64,000 nt of DNA from an uncultured delta proteobacterium (GCA_963790475.1 CAWBOS010000010.1:736001-800000); one strand, 5' to 3'; numbered from the stretch's first letter, positions 1 to 10,850 are shown. Translations and numbers: made by a program. Notes: a model not told the origin generated them from the letters alone.

Positions 1-555
1 GATCATAGGGGAAAAAACCAGGCCTTCCACATTTTTAGGGTGGGTGGCCGTTGGGGTATCTTCGGTTATGAGTCCGATAATGGCTATGGTGAGACCCGAG
101 ATTTCTTTGAGCACATAGGGCTTGATCGTCGACATTCCTTGAATATTGGCAGCCAGGACAGGGAATCGGGCTTCCTGGATCCGTTTATTAAGGGCCTCCT
201 GCCCGAAATCAAATTCGTGATTTCCGAGGACCATGGCCGAGAAATCCAGGGCATTCATGACCTCGATAGCCGATTTGCCCTCAAAAAGATTGGCCCAGGG
301 ATTGCCTTGAATCATGTCACCGGCGGCCAACAACAGGGTAGGGCGTTCTTTTCGAAGCCGACGCACTTCTCCGGCCAGGTTGGCGATTCCTCCTATCTTT
401 TCAGGACTTCCCGCAGGTTGATAGGGCTCGGCAAAGCCGTGAAAATCGTTTAGATAGAGAATTCGAATTTGAACCGGTTCCCCGGCCCAGAGGCCGCTGG
501 CAGAAATAAATAAGAACAGGAGACATACTATTAATGGAGATCGATTACGGGCCAT
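1..555 (-). CDS. Bifunctional UDP-sugar hydrolase/5'-nucleotidase (metallophosphoesterase), N-terminal part, runs off the left edge of the window
   Basis: Not in the ORF track. Manual translation from ATG at 555 gives a signal peptide (MARNRSPLIVCLLFLFISASGLWAG), then ILYLNDFHG, AGDMIQG and GNHEFDFG calcineurin-like motifs typical of UshA/5'-nucleotidases. Confidence 0.85.
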   Translation of the reverse strand, partial: MARNRSPLIVCLLFLFISASGLWAGEPVQIRILYLNDFHGFAEPYQPAGSPEKIGGIANLAGEVRRLRKERPTLLLAAGDMIQGNPWANLFEGKSAIEVMNALDFSAMVLGNHEFDFGQEALNKRIQEARFPVLAANIQGMSTIKPYVLKEISGLTIAIIGLITEDTPTATHPKNVEGLVFSPMI

Positions 556-734
556 AGGCAATCTTCTTGGGCGGGGTCACCGGTAAATAATATATATTTT
601 TTTTTAAGCTCTTTAGGTTTCCGCGCCTCAGCAGGAAGCCAATTATTTCTAAAGACTAACCTGTTACAAAATTTAAAATACCTTTATAACCGATTCCATT
701 AAAGAAGGCCAGAATCGTTCCGCAGAAGGGTTGA

Positions 735-1289
735 TTATCTGTTCCCGGCGGGCCTCACCTTTGCTTGAAATTGTTTTACGGCTTCGGGAATCGTTCTCCG
801 GACAAAAGCCCGTTTTTCCATTTCATTCAATAGAGCAAAGTCAGGATAATTAGGATGATTCGGGGTCGGGTTGGGGGGATCGGTCAGGGCCGGTAAACTC
901 CCTTGTTTAAAATCCCTAATTAATCCGATAATGGGTTTGTGCCCCAAGGGGATCTCATTAACCCATCCTAAGCGGCGCATACATTCAAATCGAACCTGGT
1001 CGATAAGAATAAAATAGACATCCAAAAATGGGATAATTTTCTCTGAGGGCAAGGATTCGAAGTCATATCCACTTCCCCATCCCAGGGCTCCCATCAGAAG
1101 ATCATGGAAAATCTGCCGCCCGCCTTCATCATCTTCAGCTAAAAACAGAATCAAGTCATCCGGGAGATCACCCCAACAAGTATTTTCGTCCAGGATTGGC
1201 AGGGATTTAAAGAGGCGCTGCCATTCTCGGAAGCCCCGCTTAGCCGCTTTTTGGTTTTTGATGGATTCAAGGGAAACTACTTTAGCCAT
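735..1289 (-). CDS. Hypothetical protein (184 aa)
   Basis: Clean ORF with globular-looking composition; N-terminal KVVSL motif; no recognised family. Confidence 0.7.
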   Translation of the reverse strand: MAKVVSLESIKNQKAAKRGFREWQRLFKSLPILDENTCWGDLPDDLILFLAEDDEGGRQIFHDLLMGALGWGSGYDFESLPSEKIIPFLDVYFILIDQVRFECMRRLGWVNEIPLGHKPIIGLIRDFKQGSLPALTDPPNPTPNHPNYPDFALLNEMEKRAFVRRTIPEAVKQFQAKVRPAGNR

Positions 1290-1446
1290 TTATTTTGAAA
1301 GGACTTCGCCATCCTACGGTACAGGGCATCGAAAAAGATTTAAAGAAGACGTTTGGAAACTAAATCCCTGGTCCCTCAGACTCTTTAATCCCAATTAAAG
1401 AAATCACTATAACCGAATTGCCGAAAAATACAATTCAGAAAATAAT

Positions 1447-1475
1447 TTGACACTTGAAAAGAAATCTGTTATAAA
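1447..1475 (+). promoter_or_regulatory. Sigma70-type promoter for the corC-like gene
   Basis: TTGACA-N17-TATAAA ending 12 nt before the ATG at 1488. Confidence 0.6.
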
Positions 1476-1487
1476 ATTCTACACCTT

Positions 1488-2360
1488 ATGAGCACTAACC
1501 CCGAAGACCACCCTTCAAGATTGATTGATCATGTTCGCTCTCTTTTCAGAAAGAAGCCGGATGCCCTACCGGAGTCTGTTTTAGAAAGAGACTTTCAGGA
1601 ACTGATCGACCAAGGGGAAGAACAGGGACTTCTAACCCCTGAACAAGGGGACATGATTCAGAGCATCTTTGAATTTAAGGATACCGTGGTCAGGGAGGTG
1701 ATGGTTCCCCGAACCGAGATGCTGGCGGTCAGTTCGGATGTGACTATTCAGACCATTATCGATTTAACACTCGAACACGGCCATTCCCGTCTCCCAATTT
1801 TCCAGGAAAACTCGGACAATATTGTTGGAATGCTCCATGTCAAAGATCTGTTACCCTATTGGCATCTACCCCCGGATCAACCCATACCGCCAGGGATCAT
1901 CCGCCAAGCCACCTTCGTCCCGGAGACGAAAAAGATCGTCCATCTTTTCCGTGAATTGAAATTGGAAAAGATCCATATGGCCATCGTCCTCGATGAATAC
2001 GGTGGAACTTCGGGGATGGTGACCATGGAAGATATTATCGAAGAGATTATCGGCGATATTGAAGATGAATACGACCGCCAGGAACCACGGCTGAAACCCC
2101 TGGAAGATGGTCGAGTCGAAGTGGACGCCCGCCTGGAGATTGAAGAATTCGAGCGTTTTTTTGAACTGAAAATGGAGGAAAAAAATTTTGAAACAGTCGG
2201 CGGCTTGATTATTCATCTCTTGGAAAGGGTGCCCGATGTAGGTGAAAAGATTAATTTCCAGAACTTGGAAATGACCATTCTGGAAGCCGACAACCGCCGG
2301 ATCCGCCGTCTTGTGGTGGAAAGGAAAGAAAACAACCCTGGTGACAACGGTAAATTTTGA
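1488..2360 (+). CDS. corC: HlyC/CorC family CBS-domain protein (Mg/Co transport associated)
   Basis: VREVMVPR, HGHSRLP, HMAIVLDEYGGTSGMVTMEDIIEEIIGDI and C-terminal CorC_HlyC domain (ETVGG). Confidence 0.9.
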   Translation: MSTNPEDHPSRLIDHVRSLFRKKPDALPESVLERDFQELIDQGEEQGLLTPEQGDMIQSIFEFKDTVVREVMVPRTEMLAVSSDVTIQTIIDLTLEHGHSRLPIFQENSDNIVGMLHVKDLLPYWHLPPDQPIPPGIIRQATFVPETKKIVHLFRELKLEKIHMAIVLDEYGGTSGMVTMEDIIEEIIGDIEDEYDRQEPRLKPLEDGRVEVDARLEIEEFERFFELKMEEKNFETVGGLIIHLLERVPDVGEKINFQNLEMTILEADNRRIRRLVVERKENNPGDNGKF

Positions 2361-3306
2361 CTTTCAGACCCGGAGTATTTCTTTATCCTGGATTGACTGG
2401 GCCGATGCGACTTATCGCCTCACCTACAACCGGCCTCTTGGGAACTTGATTCAATCCATTGAGACCATTGGCCTGCAACAGTTGCCTGTTCTTCAGGAAA
2501 AAGAAAAAAATCATTTTTGCATTGTGGCTGGATATAGACGTCTTCGAGCCCTTCAGAAGATAACCCGGGACCCGGTTTCCTGTAAAATCGCTTCATCGGA
2601 AGCGGAAAGAAAGGATCTCCTCCTTTTTAATTTTTATGAAGATATCGACCGGGGCTTCAATGCGGTTGAAGAGTCTTTGGTTGTAAAAAAATTGTCGGCC
2701 TTCCTGGAAGAAAAAGACCTGATCCGGAACTATCTGCCTTTGCTGAATTTGCCTCCACGAAAAGAAACCATTGAGCGTTGCTTAAAGATTAATGAAATAA
2801 GCCCTGTTTATCTGCCGGCCCTGGTTCAGGGGCGATTATTTCCGGAAACGGTTGAAACAGTGATTAAGGATTTTTCCCCCGTTGCCCATCTTATTTTTGC
2901 CTTGTTTATTTTCCTTCATTGGGGCTTTCAGAAACAAAAAGAGTTTTTGTCGGATTTGAAAGAGATATGCATCCGGCGTATTGAAGAACCCGAAAATTTT
3001 CTTTCAGCTGCGCCGATAATGGATACGTTGCACCGTTTCCAGTGGACGCCTCAGCAAAAAGGAGAAGCCGTCCGGAAATATTTCCGGACCTGTCTCTTTC
3101 CTATTCTGACCGAAACAGAAAAACGTTTTGAAGATATGATTTCATCGTTAAATCTAAACCAAAGAACTCGGATTTATCCTCCTCCCTTTTTTGAAGGAGG
3201 ACGATATGGTCTGGATATCCGGTTTTCGAGCCCAAAAGATTTGAAGGCCTCTTTGGAAAAAATCCAACGGGTCCTGGACGACGGGAAGCTGGATGAACTG
3301 CCTTGA
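2311..3306 (+). CDS. ParB/Srx N-terminal domain-containing protein
   Basis: LIQSIETIGLQQLPVL...IVAGYRRLRAL ParB-like motif (GxRR); start may lie ~2350. Confidence 0.75.
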   Translation: MWWKGKKTTLVTTVNFDFQTRSISLSWIDWADATYRLTYNRPLGNLIQSIETIGLQQLPVLQEKEKNHFCIVAGYRRLRALQKITRDPVSCKIASSEAERKDLLLFNFYEDIDRGFNAVEESLVVKKLSAFLEEKDLIRNYLPLLNLPPRKETIERCLKINEISPVYLPALVQGRLFPETVETVIKDFSPVAHLIFALFIFLHWGFQKQKEFLSDLKEICIRRIEEPENFLSAAPIMDTLHRFQWTPQQKGEAVRKYFRTCLFPILTETEKRFEDMISSLNLNQRTRIYPPPFFEGGRYGLDIRFSSPKDLKASLEKIQRVLDDGKLDELP

Positions 3307-3446
3307 TTTTTGATACGAAACTAGTTTTCAGTATTCACCATCCAACGTTTGTCAGTTTGAATTTTCAGAATCCTGTCAGTTTCATGAAATGGGGCCACAA
3401 AATTTAGACGACCTGAGTAGTCTACCTGACATTTAAAAAACTAGAG

Positions 3447-4568
3447 TTGTATGTGATGCCTTTTAAAAAAATTCTGATTGAAAAAGGAGCCGAATCAGCC
3501 CCCTTAACTCAAAGAGTTTTAAGGGTCCTTCCTGACGTTCCGCGGGAATGGTTGGAAGAAGAGGCTGTTTTCCAACAAACAGAAACCATTCCCGAATCCA
3601 AGAAAACCCTCTTTTTGACCCGTTTTAAAGGGGAATTGATCAAGCCTTGTCCGGGGACCAAAGATTATATCTGTTGCGGGTATCGTATCTTGCATATCGG
3701 ATCTAACTGCCCGGTGGATTGCAGTTATTGCATCCTCCAGGCCTATTTTAACCAACCCTTTATCCGGCTTTTTGTCAATACGGAAGAAATCCTTCATGAA
3801 CTGAAATTATTTGTCGACAAACATCCAGAAGAAATTATCCGTTTGGGAACCGGCGAATTCACCGACAGCTTAGCCTTGGATCATTTGACTGGATTCAGCG
3901 ATATTCTGTTACAGGAATTATCTTCCTATCCCCAAGTGCTGGTTGAGTTAAAAACCAAGACTTCCGGGATCCACCATCTTCTTGAAGCCGCTCCATTGAA
4001 AAACATTATTGTTTCCTGGTCTCTTAATGCAATGGAGATTATAAGGAAGGAAGAACGGGGGTCCGCCTCTTTGGCCGAACGTTTGGAAGCCGCCGTAGTT
4101 TGTCAGGAAAAAGGATATAATCTTGGATTTCATTTCGACCCCATCTTCTTTTTCAACGGATGGGAGGAGGCTTATCAACAAACGGTCCGCGACCTTTTTT
4201 CCAAAATCCGTCCGGAGAAAATCGCCTGGATCAGTATGGGCTGTTTTCGATACCTGCCGGGATTAAAATCGATTATTCAACAACGCAATCCGAAAGCCGG
4301 ATATATCTATCAGGAATTTATTCCAGCCCTGGACAAAAAAATGCGCTATCCGCAATCTAAACGGGTAGAAATCTATAAAAAATTGTTGAGTTGGATTAAG
4401 GACTACGGGAAGGAAGTCCCGGTTTATCTTTGTATGGAAAATTCCTCGGTTTGGGAAAAAGTTTTCGGTTTTATTCCGGGGATTGAGGTCCCCACCCTCA
4501 AGGAAATGTTGGACCAGCGGGTGAAAGAAATATGGGGTAGGGGATCAATAGGACCAAGGAAATTATAA
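3447..4568 (+). CDS. Spore photoproduct lyase (SplB)-like radical SAM protein
   Basis: CxxxCxxC (CPVDCSYC) followed by ILQAYF, GTGEFTDSL, ELKTK and GFHFDP, as in the SPL family. Confidence 0.85.
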   Translation: MYVMPFKKILIEKGAESAPLTQRVLRVLPDVPREWLEEEAVFQQTETIPESKKTLFLTRFKGELIKPCPGTKDYICCGYRILHIGSNCPVDCSYCILQAYFNQPFIRLFVNTEEILHELKLFVDKHPEEIIRLGTGEFTDSLALDHLTGFSDILLQELSSYPQVLVELKTKTSGIHHLLEAAPLKNIIVSWSLNAMEIIRKEERGSASLAERLEAAVVCQEKGYNLGFHFDPIFFFNGWEEAYQQTVRDLFSKIRPEKIAWISMGCFRYLPGLKSIIQQRNPKAGYIYQEFIPALDKKMRYPQSKRVEIYKKLLSWIKDYGKEVPVYLCMENSSVWEKVFGFIPGIEVPTLKEMLDQRVKEIWGRGSIGPRKL

Positions 4569-4586
4569 ATGAGCCTCAGGTGGCGG

Positions 4587-4636
4587 GGTTCAGAGTTCGG
4601 AGAATTGGTTTATATCCATATTCCGAACTCCAAACC
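4587..4636. repeat. Heptamer-based intergenic palindrome (GAGTTCGGA...TCCGAACTC), likely hairpin between convergent genes
   Basis: GAGTTCGGA and its reverse complement TCCGAACTC flank a loop; the same unit occurs at 51952-52019. Confidence 0.55.
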
Positions 4637-4710
4637 CAACCGTATCGATTATCCACTTTTTGACCTTGAAAAAGTCAATCGGTCGGCGTCAGCTCTTCCG
4701 GAGCGGATCC

Positions 4711-5601
4711 TTATTTCTTAGGTTTTCCCGTCATTGTGGGATTAATTTCCACCCCGGCGTTTTTTAATGCTTTTTCAATAAATTCACCGACGGCGGCCTT
4801 TCTCATTTCCTGAAGGGCCTGATCTTTTACTTTGTCCTTGATTTTCTCATATGGCTCGAGAACGGCATCCTTCTTTTCCTCCATTTTGATAATATGATAG
4901 CCATATTCGGTCTCTACCAAACCGCTGGTCTCCCCCGGTTTCAAAGAAAATGCCACCTCTTCAAAGGCGGGAATCATGGTTCCCCTGGGGAAAAAATCCA
5001 GGTCTCCTCCTTTATCTTTGGTCCCCGAATCATCGGATACCTCCGCGGCCAATTTAGAAAAATCCTCCCCTCCTTTAACCCTCTTAAGCACCTCTTCGGC
5101 TTTTGCCTTGGCCTTATTCTTTTCCTCCTCGGGGGCTGAGGCCGACGTTTTAATAAGAATATGTTTAACCCGGATCATTTCCGGGGTTTTAAAGACATCG
5201 GGATGATCCTTGTAGTAGGAACGGGCCTTGTCGTCATTGATGGTTATTTTTTCAACCACCTCTTTCTGCAGATACATCGTGGCCAAAAAATTATTGATCA
5301 TCATTTCCTGCTGGTTCCTGATTTCAGCTTTTTTGTCAAAGCCTTTTTTCTTGGCCAGCTGGGAGATGACCGTACTCCGAACAATCTGCATGAGAATGTT
5401 TTCTTTGATCTGGGGATTTTTTTCAATCATTTTCTGCTGTTCCGGCTCATAATAACTGATGACTCTATTTAGGTCGGCCGTGGTAATCGTCTTGTTTCCG
5501 ATTTTAGCCAATATTCCCTTATCTTGAGCCTGGATACCCGGGGATATCGAAATAATTGCCAGAAGCATAACCGCCAAAATCTTCAAAAATCTTAACCTCA
5601 T
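4711..5601 (-). CDS. Exported parvulin-type peptidyl-prolyl isomerase (PrsA/PpiC-like foldase)
   Basis: Signal peptide; [27 protein letters not shown] and [11 protein letters not shown] parvulin motifs. Confidence 0.9.
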   Translation of the reverse strand: MRLRFLKILAVMLLAIISISPGIQAQDKGILAKIGNKTITTADLNRVISYYEPEQQKMIEKNPQIKENILMQIVRSTVISQLAKKKGFDKKAEIRNQQEMMINNFLATMYLQKEVVEKITINDDKARSYYKDHPDVFKTPEMIRVKHILIKTSASAPEEEKNKAKAKAEEVLKRVKGGEDFSKLAAEVSDDSGTKDKGGDLDFFPRGTMIPAFEEVAFSLKPGETSGLVETEYGYHIIKMEEKKDAVLEPYEKIKDKVKDQALQEMRKAAVGEFIEKALKNAGVEINPTMTGKPKK

Positions 5602-5642
5602 TTTTTTCTCCTTTTCTTAATTAGAGATGGTAATGAAATGAT

Positions 5643-5719
<77 letters not shown>

Positions 5720-6068
5720 GTTGTCTTTTCCCAAAAGGGTGACCATGAATTGTTGTTAAGGTTTATTAATACTAAAATAAGATGAAGTCAAAGAAAAATA
5801 TTATAGCCTGGTTTTCATTAAACGGAAAGCAGATATAAAACCCCGCAAAAATATTGATGTCCTAATTTCTTATTGACTTTTGAAAATCGGGCGATTATAA
5901 AAATCCAATCAAAGGTTCTTGGAGTCAACCACAGGGACCCTTTTTGTTTAAAGATTTTCGGATTTTTTGATTTCCACCAGCTGATGCTGCAGCATAATGC
6001 AGCATTGGATCTCGCATTTCATTTTCAAATATTTTCTGCTTCTTCCATAAAGAGAGAAACTGGAATGT

Positions 6069-6377
6069 ATGACAGGTCTCAAGGATCTCATCTTAATCTA
6101 TATAGACAATCAACCCGTTTTTTTTGCCCGTATTGAAAAGATAATCCCGGATAGCAAACCCGGTTGGGTGCGTATGAATTTTTTGATCCTTCAGGTCCCG
6201 GTTTCGTTGGGGGAATGGATCCTTCTGCCGGAATATGTTCAGGGTGAAGAATTTACGATGGGAGGGAAAAAAGTTCACATCGAAAAAGTTGAGGCTCCCA
6301 GGGAAGAGCCGGAACCCCTTCCCCCCAAATCAGATGGCAAAGTTGTTTCTATTTCAGATCGAAGGCGCAAAAGGTAA
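6069..6377 (+). CDS. Hypothetical protein (102 aa) with C-terminal KVVSISDRRRKR tail
   Basis: Compact beta-rich domain, Pro/Glu linker, basic tail; directly upstream of the DUF169 gene. Confidence 0.75.
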   Translation: MTGLKDLILIYIDNQPVFFARIEKIIPDSKPGWVRMNFLILQVPVSLGEWILLPEYVQGEEFTMGGKKVHIEKVEAPREEPEPLPPKSDGKVVSISDRRRKR

Positions 6378-6410
6378 AGAGTCAAAAGAACCTTTCAAGG
6401 AAAATATCTC

Positions 6411-7166
6411 ATGGAAAATGTGCAGGAACTGTCCCGGACCTTTCGTCGAATCCTTCAGCTTAAAAGCGGCCCGGTAGCCATCAGAATTATCAAGACCCAT
6501 GAAGAAATACCGGTTTTGTTGAAAAAACCGGAAATCCCGATCCCCAGCTTTTGTTTCGGGGTAATGGAGGCTTTTAAGGGAAAAAGTATTTTTTTGGGAC
6601 GTTCCGATGTCCAATGTCTCATGGGTTTAACCGCCCTGGGGTTTAGGAAAGAAACTTCTAAATCGGGAAAACATAAACAGGGGGTTCAAATCGGAGTGTT
6701 CGGAAATGAAGAAGCCTCCCATAATTATTTTTCCAAGGGAATCTTCCTGCCTGCCGGCCAAACACAAGGGGTGGCCATGAGCCCTTTGGAAAAGGCGGTC
6801 ATGGGAGTCGATATCGTTCTGTTCAAGGTCAACTCCGAACAGGCCATGTGGTTATTTGCCGCCAATCAATATCTGACCGGCGAACGAAATGATTTTTGCG
6901 TTGGGACTGGATTCCAGGGGGTTTGCGGGGATGTCATTGTTTATCCCCTACTCCATAAAAAAGTGAATATGACCGTAAACGGGGTGGGGGATCGAATATC
7001 GGCCTCTATGGGAAAAAACGAATTATTTGTGGGGATTCCGGCCCTTTTGGTCAAAAAAATTGCCTCCAATCTAATTGAAATTTGTCAAAAACCGATTTAT
7101 AAGGCCATTCATTCGCCAAAAGGCGCTCAAAAGACCTCTTCCCTGCGTCCCGGATTTCGGCATTAA
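6411..7166 (+). CDS. DUF169 family protein
   Basis: LQLKSGPVAI, FC, C..G..ALG, EQAMWL and VCGD...P pattern of DUF169. Confidence 0.75.
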   Translation: MENVQELSRTFRRILQLKSGPVAIRIIKTHEEIPVLLKKPEIPIPSFCFGVMEAFKGKSIFLGRSDVQCLMGLTALGFRKETSKSGKHKQGVQIGVFGNEEASHNYFSKGIFLPAGQTQGVAMSPLEKAVMGVDIVLFKVNSEQAMWLFAANQYLTGERNDFCVGTGFQGVCGDVIVYPLLHKKVNMTVNGVGDRISASMGKNELFVGIPALLVKKIASNLIEICQKPIYKAIHSPKGAQKTSSLRPGFRH

Positions 7167-8142
7167 CGAAGGTTTTTCAGGGTCCTGCACCCGTTGATTA
7201 CTTCGGGTAATCTCTTCGGCCAGTCCATTTCTTTGATTAAGCACCTGCACCACCTTGCCCCAATCGATTCTGCCGGACAAGCCGTTTTGATGGGCCAGCT
7301 GACTGAGGTGATTCCAATAAGAAAATGATTTTTGATAGGTGTTGGGATGAACTTCCAAAAATATTTTTTGTTCGGAAGTCAATGCCAATTTCAGGGGCTC
7401 ATAGACGATCGTTATCGCTGTTCCGGATTTTATTCGGCGGAAAAGATTTTCGATATCTTCTGTTGCCATCCGAATACAACCATGAGAAGTGGAATGGCCG
7501 ATGCTTTCCGGCCAAATCGTGGAATGAATCCCGTAACCCGGTACCGATAAAGGTATCCAATACTTTCCCAGAGGATTGTCCGGACCGGGTGGGACCTTTT
7601 CCATGACCACTTTCCCTTCCCTCTTCATTTCTTCCTGAATTGACTTAGGGACCGTCCAAGTGGGGTTTTTATATTTCCCCCTTATAACAAAAACTCCTAA
7701 CCGGAGTAGGCCAATCGGGTCTTCCAAGCCCCACCGGAAAACGTTTGATCACGACCCCCTGTTCAAAAAAGTACAACATATGTCCCGGGATATTCAACAA
7801 TAATCCATCGATTATCAGGGGCTGAGGAATGATATGCCGATTGTTGATCACCAGCTTTTGGCCAACGGATAATTTGTAAGGAGGGATGAGATTGTTTCTT
7901 TTGGCCAGATATTCCCAGGTGGACCCGTCGCGTCCGGATATTGAATATAATGAATCGTTGGTTTTGACCGCATATATCTTCTCCCCACCCTGAACCTCGG
8001 AAAAGATTGGCCAGGAGGGTTGATAGGCCGATCCCAAGGCGGGATTACCCATTGATAGCCCCCAAAGGATAAGTATGGTCCAAAAAAGAGGCAGGGGGGG
8101 TTTCTTGATGTTGGAGGTGAGGATTGAAAGGGGATTGAGCAT
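7071..8142 (-). CDS. LysM-containing L,D-transpeptidase (YkuD/ErfK family), split by a frameshift near 7700
   Basis: ORF 7669-8142 has a LysM domain and FPVGLGRPDWPTP; ORF 7071-7727 continues GVFVIRGK..NPTW..PPGPDNPLG..YGIHST..SHGCIR (catalytic HxxC region). Confidence 0.85.
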
Positions 8143-8339
8143 AAGAGTTTAAAATAATATTTTTTTTCGATAAATAATAGTCTTTGAGCCGGATGTCAAG
8201 GAATTGTTTTCAATAAATTCGACCAATTGAGAACAGGAGCGAAATGATTGTATTTGACCCTTTAGCAAATTTAAATTATTATTGAAACATATTGTTCGAG
8301 GGAGGAAATTTACTTCACCGAAAGCAACTTGGCAAAATA

Positions 8340-10526
8340 ATGAGGACCTTTGTGAACTCCAAGACCTTAATAACTTTGGAAGGCTCGATCGAACGGATCT
8401 CCTTTCATAATGAAGAAAATCATTTCACCATTGCCAGGATGAAGATCAAGGGGGAAAGGGATACCATTCCGGTCATCGGTCACTTATTTTCCGTCACACC
8501 TGGGGAGGTCCTGAAAATCAGCGGTTATTTTGAACAACATCCCAAGTATGGCCGTCAGGTCCGTATTGAAAGCTATGAATCCGTCATTCCCGCCACTGTA
8601 CCGGGTATAGAAAAATATCTAGGTTCCGGTTTGGTCAAGGGGATTGGACCGGAAATGGCTAAAAGGATCGTGAAAAAATTCGGTTTAACGACCCTGGATA
8701 TTATTGAGAAAGACATAGGGCAGCTCTCCAAAGTGGAGGGTGTGGGGCCGAAAAGGATCGCCCAGATCAAAGGGGCCTGGAAAGAACAAAAAGAGATTCG
8801 GCGTATCATGATTTTTTTACAGGGCTATGGGGTCAGTACCGGTTTGGCCACAAAAATATTCAAGACCTACGGCCAACAGGCGGTCTCCCGCATCCAAGAA
8901 AATCCTTACGGACTGGCCGCCGATATCTTTGGGGTCGGCTTTCTCACCGCCGATCGCATTGCTCAAAAAATGGGGATGGAGAAGGATGCCCCGGCCCGGC
9001 TTCAGGCCGGACTTACTTATATTCTCCAGCAAAAAAGTGAAGAGGGGCAGGTTTGCCTCCCTGAAGAAGATTTGATTCAAGCCGCCTCCCAACAGTTAGA
9101 AGTGGATGCCTTTCAACTCCACCCGACTCTCAAAGATTTGATCCAAAAAAAACAACTTCGTACCCAGATGGATGAAGCCGGGAAGATCTACATTTTTCTG
9201 CCTTATCTGGATCTTTCCGAGGAAGGGATTTCCCAAAGAATAGGGGTCCTGCTAAAAGAAAAACCTAAAACCGACGGACGTACAGAAACGATCATTTCTC
9301 AAGTGGAAAGGGCCTTTCGCCTGACCTTGTCCGGCCAACAAAAAGAGGCGGTTCAAAAGGCCCTGTCGCAAAAGCTGTTGATTATTACCGGGGGGCCGGG
9401 AACCGGCAAAACCACCATCATTCGCTCAATCTTGGAGATTTATAAACAATTGGGGCGACGATGTGTCTTGATGGCTCCCACCGGCAGGGCCGCCAAACGA
9501 CTTTCGGAGGTGACCCATTATCCGGCGTCCACTATCCACAGGGGCTTGGGGTACAATCCCAAGATGGGCGGATTTCAAAAAGATGAAGAACATCCCCTGG
9601 CGGCCGATCTGGTGGTCATTGATGAGGCCTCGATGGTCGACACCACTTTGATGTTTCATCTCCTTAAGGCCGTTCCCAATCAGGCGGTTTTGATTCTGGT
9701 CGGTGATGTTTTTCAACTGCCTTCGGTTGGACCGGGAAACGTCCTTTCCGATTTCATTCAATCGCAAAAGGTGCCTGTGGTTCAATTAAATCGGATTTTC
9801 AGACAAGGGGAAGGGAGCTTGATCGTTATCAACGCCCACCGGATCCATCAGGGAGATATGCCGATCCTGGTAAATGAAGAGGGAAATAAAAAACAGGATT
9901 TTTATTTCCTGGATCAGGAAGAGCCGGAGAAGGCTGTTCGCTGGATATTGGAACTGATTCAGGATAAGCTGCCCAAACGATACGGGATTGATCCTCTACA
10001 GGACATCCAGGTTTTGACCCCGATGTACAAAGGGGTGGTTGGGGCTGAAAATCTAAATCTCTTTCTGCAACAACACTTAAATCAAGACCAAAGATCTGTT
10101 CAGCGAGGCTCCCGCGTTTTCAAAGTGGGGGACAAGGTCATGCAAATACGAAACAATTATGACAAAGATGTTTTTAACGGCGACATCGGCCGTCTGGCCA
10201 AGATTGATCAGGAGAATCAGGAAGTCCTGGTAAATTTTGACGGCCGGTTTGTCGTCTATGATTTTAGTGAATTAGAGGATCTGGTTCTGGCCTATGCCAT
10301 CTCCGTCCATAAGTCCCAGGGCAATGAATATCCGGCTGTGATTATCCCGGTTATGATCCAGCACTTTATTCTGCTCCAAAGAAATCTGATTTACACCGCT
10401 GTGACCCGTGCCAAACGGGTAGTGGTTTTAGTGGGGACAAAAAAAGCCCTGGCTATCGGCATTAAAAACAATAAACCCCAATTACGCTACAGTTTTCTAA
10501 AAGAGAGACTGATCCATCTGCCTTAG
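8340..10526 (+). CDS. recD2: ATP-dependent RecD2-like DNA helicase
   Basis: N-terminal OB/HhH region (LGSGLVKGIG), Walker A TGGPGTGKTT, DEASM, LAYAISVHKSQG, YTAVTRAK; start may be GTG 8352. Confidence 0.92.
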   Translation: MRTFVNSKTLITLEGSIERISFHNEENHFTIARMKIKGERDTIPVIGHLFSVTPGEVLKISGYFEQHPKYGRQVRIESYESVIPATVPGIEKYLGSGLVKGIGPEMAKRIVKKFGLTTLDIIEKDIGQLSKVEGVGPKRIAQIKGAWKEQKEIRRIMIFLQGYGVSTGLATKIFKTYGQQAVSRIQENPYGLAADIFGVGFLTADRIAQKMGMEKDAPARLQAGLTYILQQKSEEGQVCLPEEDLIQAASQQLEVDAFQLHPTLKDLIQKKQLRTQMDEAGKIYIFLPYLDLSEEGISQRIGVLLKEKPKTDGRTETIISQVERAFRLTLSGQQKEAVQKALSQKLLIITGGPGTGKTTIIRSILEIYKQLGRRCVLMAPTGRAAKRLSEVTHYPASTIHRGLGYNPKMGGFQKDEEHPLAADLVVIDEASMVDTTLMFHLLKAVPNQAVLILVGDVFQLPSVGPGNVLSDFIQSQKVPVVQLNRIFRQGEGSLIVINAHRIHQGDMPILVNEEGNKKQDFYFLDQEEPEKAVRWILELIQDKLPKRYGIDPLQDIQVLTPMYKGVVGAENLNLFLQQHLNQDQRSVQRGSRVFKVGDKVMQIRNNYDKDVFNGDIGRLAKIDQENQEVLVNFDGRFVVYDFSELEDLVLAYAISVHKSQGNEYPAVIIPVMIQHFILLQRNLIYTAVTRAKRVVVLVGTKKALAIGIKNNKPQLRYSFLKERLIHLP

Positions 10527-10528
10527 AA

Positions 10529-10674
10529 TTTTCCTGAGAATCGCCACGATGCTGGATGGCGAATGATATTTTATTTCAATTCCCTTGATAAAGAAAAATA
10601 GGAATTAGTCCGGGAAGTCTTTCATGTTCATATTCCCCTGCGGGCCGGCAGGGTCGTGGCGATGTTAGGGAAAA
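10529..10674. repeat. Short inverted-repeat-bounded segment (possible MITE)
   Basis: TTTTCCTGAGAATCGCCACGA (10529-10549) vs reverse complement of 10654-10674 TTTTCCCTAACATCGCCACGA, 17/21 identical. Confidence 0.4.
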
Positions 10675-10768
10675 GAGAGCCGGTTATCCCTAACCCGGAC
10701 AAGCCGGAACCATATTTGAAATATTGTAACATTTGGTGGATTCGTAAAAAGTCACCGAAAGCCTATTT

Positions 10769-10850
10769 TCGTCATTCCCTTGAAAAAGGGAATCCAGTGT
10801 TTTTAATAAGTTGAGAATAGCCTGGATTCTCGCCTCCGCGGGAATGACGA
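10769..10850. repeat. REP/RPE-like palindromic element
   Basis: TCGTCATTCCCTTGAAAAAGGGAATCCAG ... CTGGATTCTCGCCTCCGCGGGAATGACGA, matching the widespread GTCATTCCCGCG..GGGAATCCA/CTGGATTCCCGC..GCGGGAATGAC repeat type. Confidence 0.75.

Noticed and set aside
40-453. 137-aa plus-strand ORF
   Set aside because: Antisense shadow of the 5'-nucleotidase gene, which has clear motifs on the minus strand.
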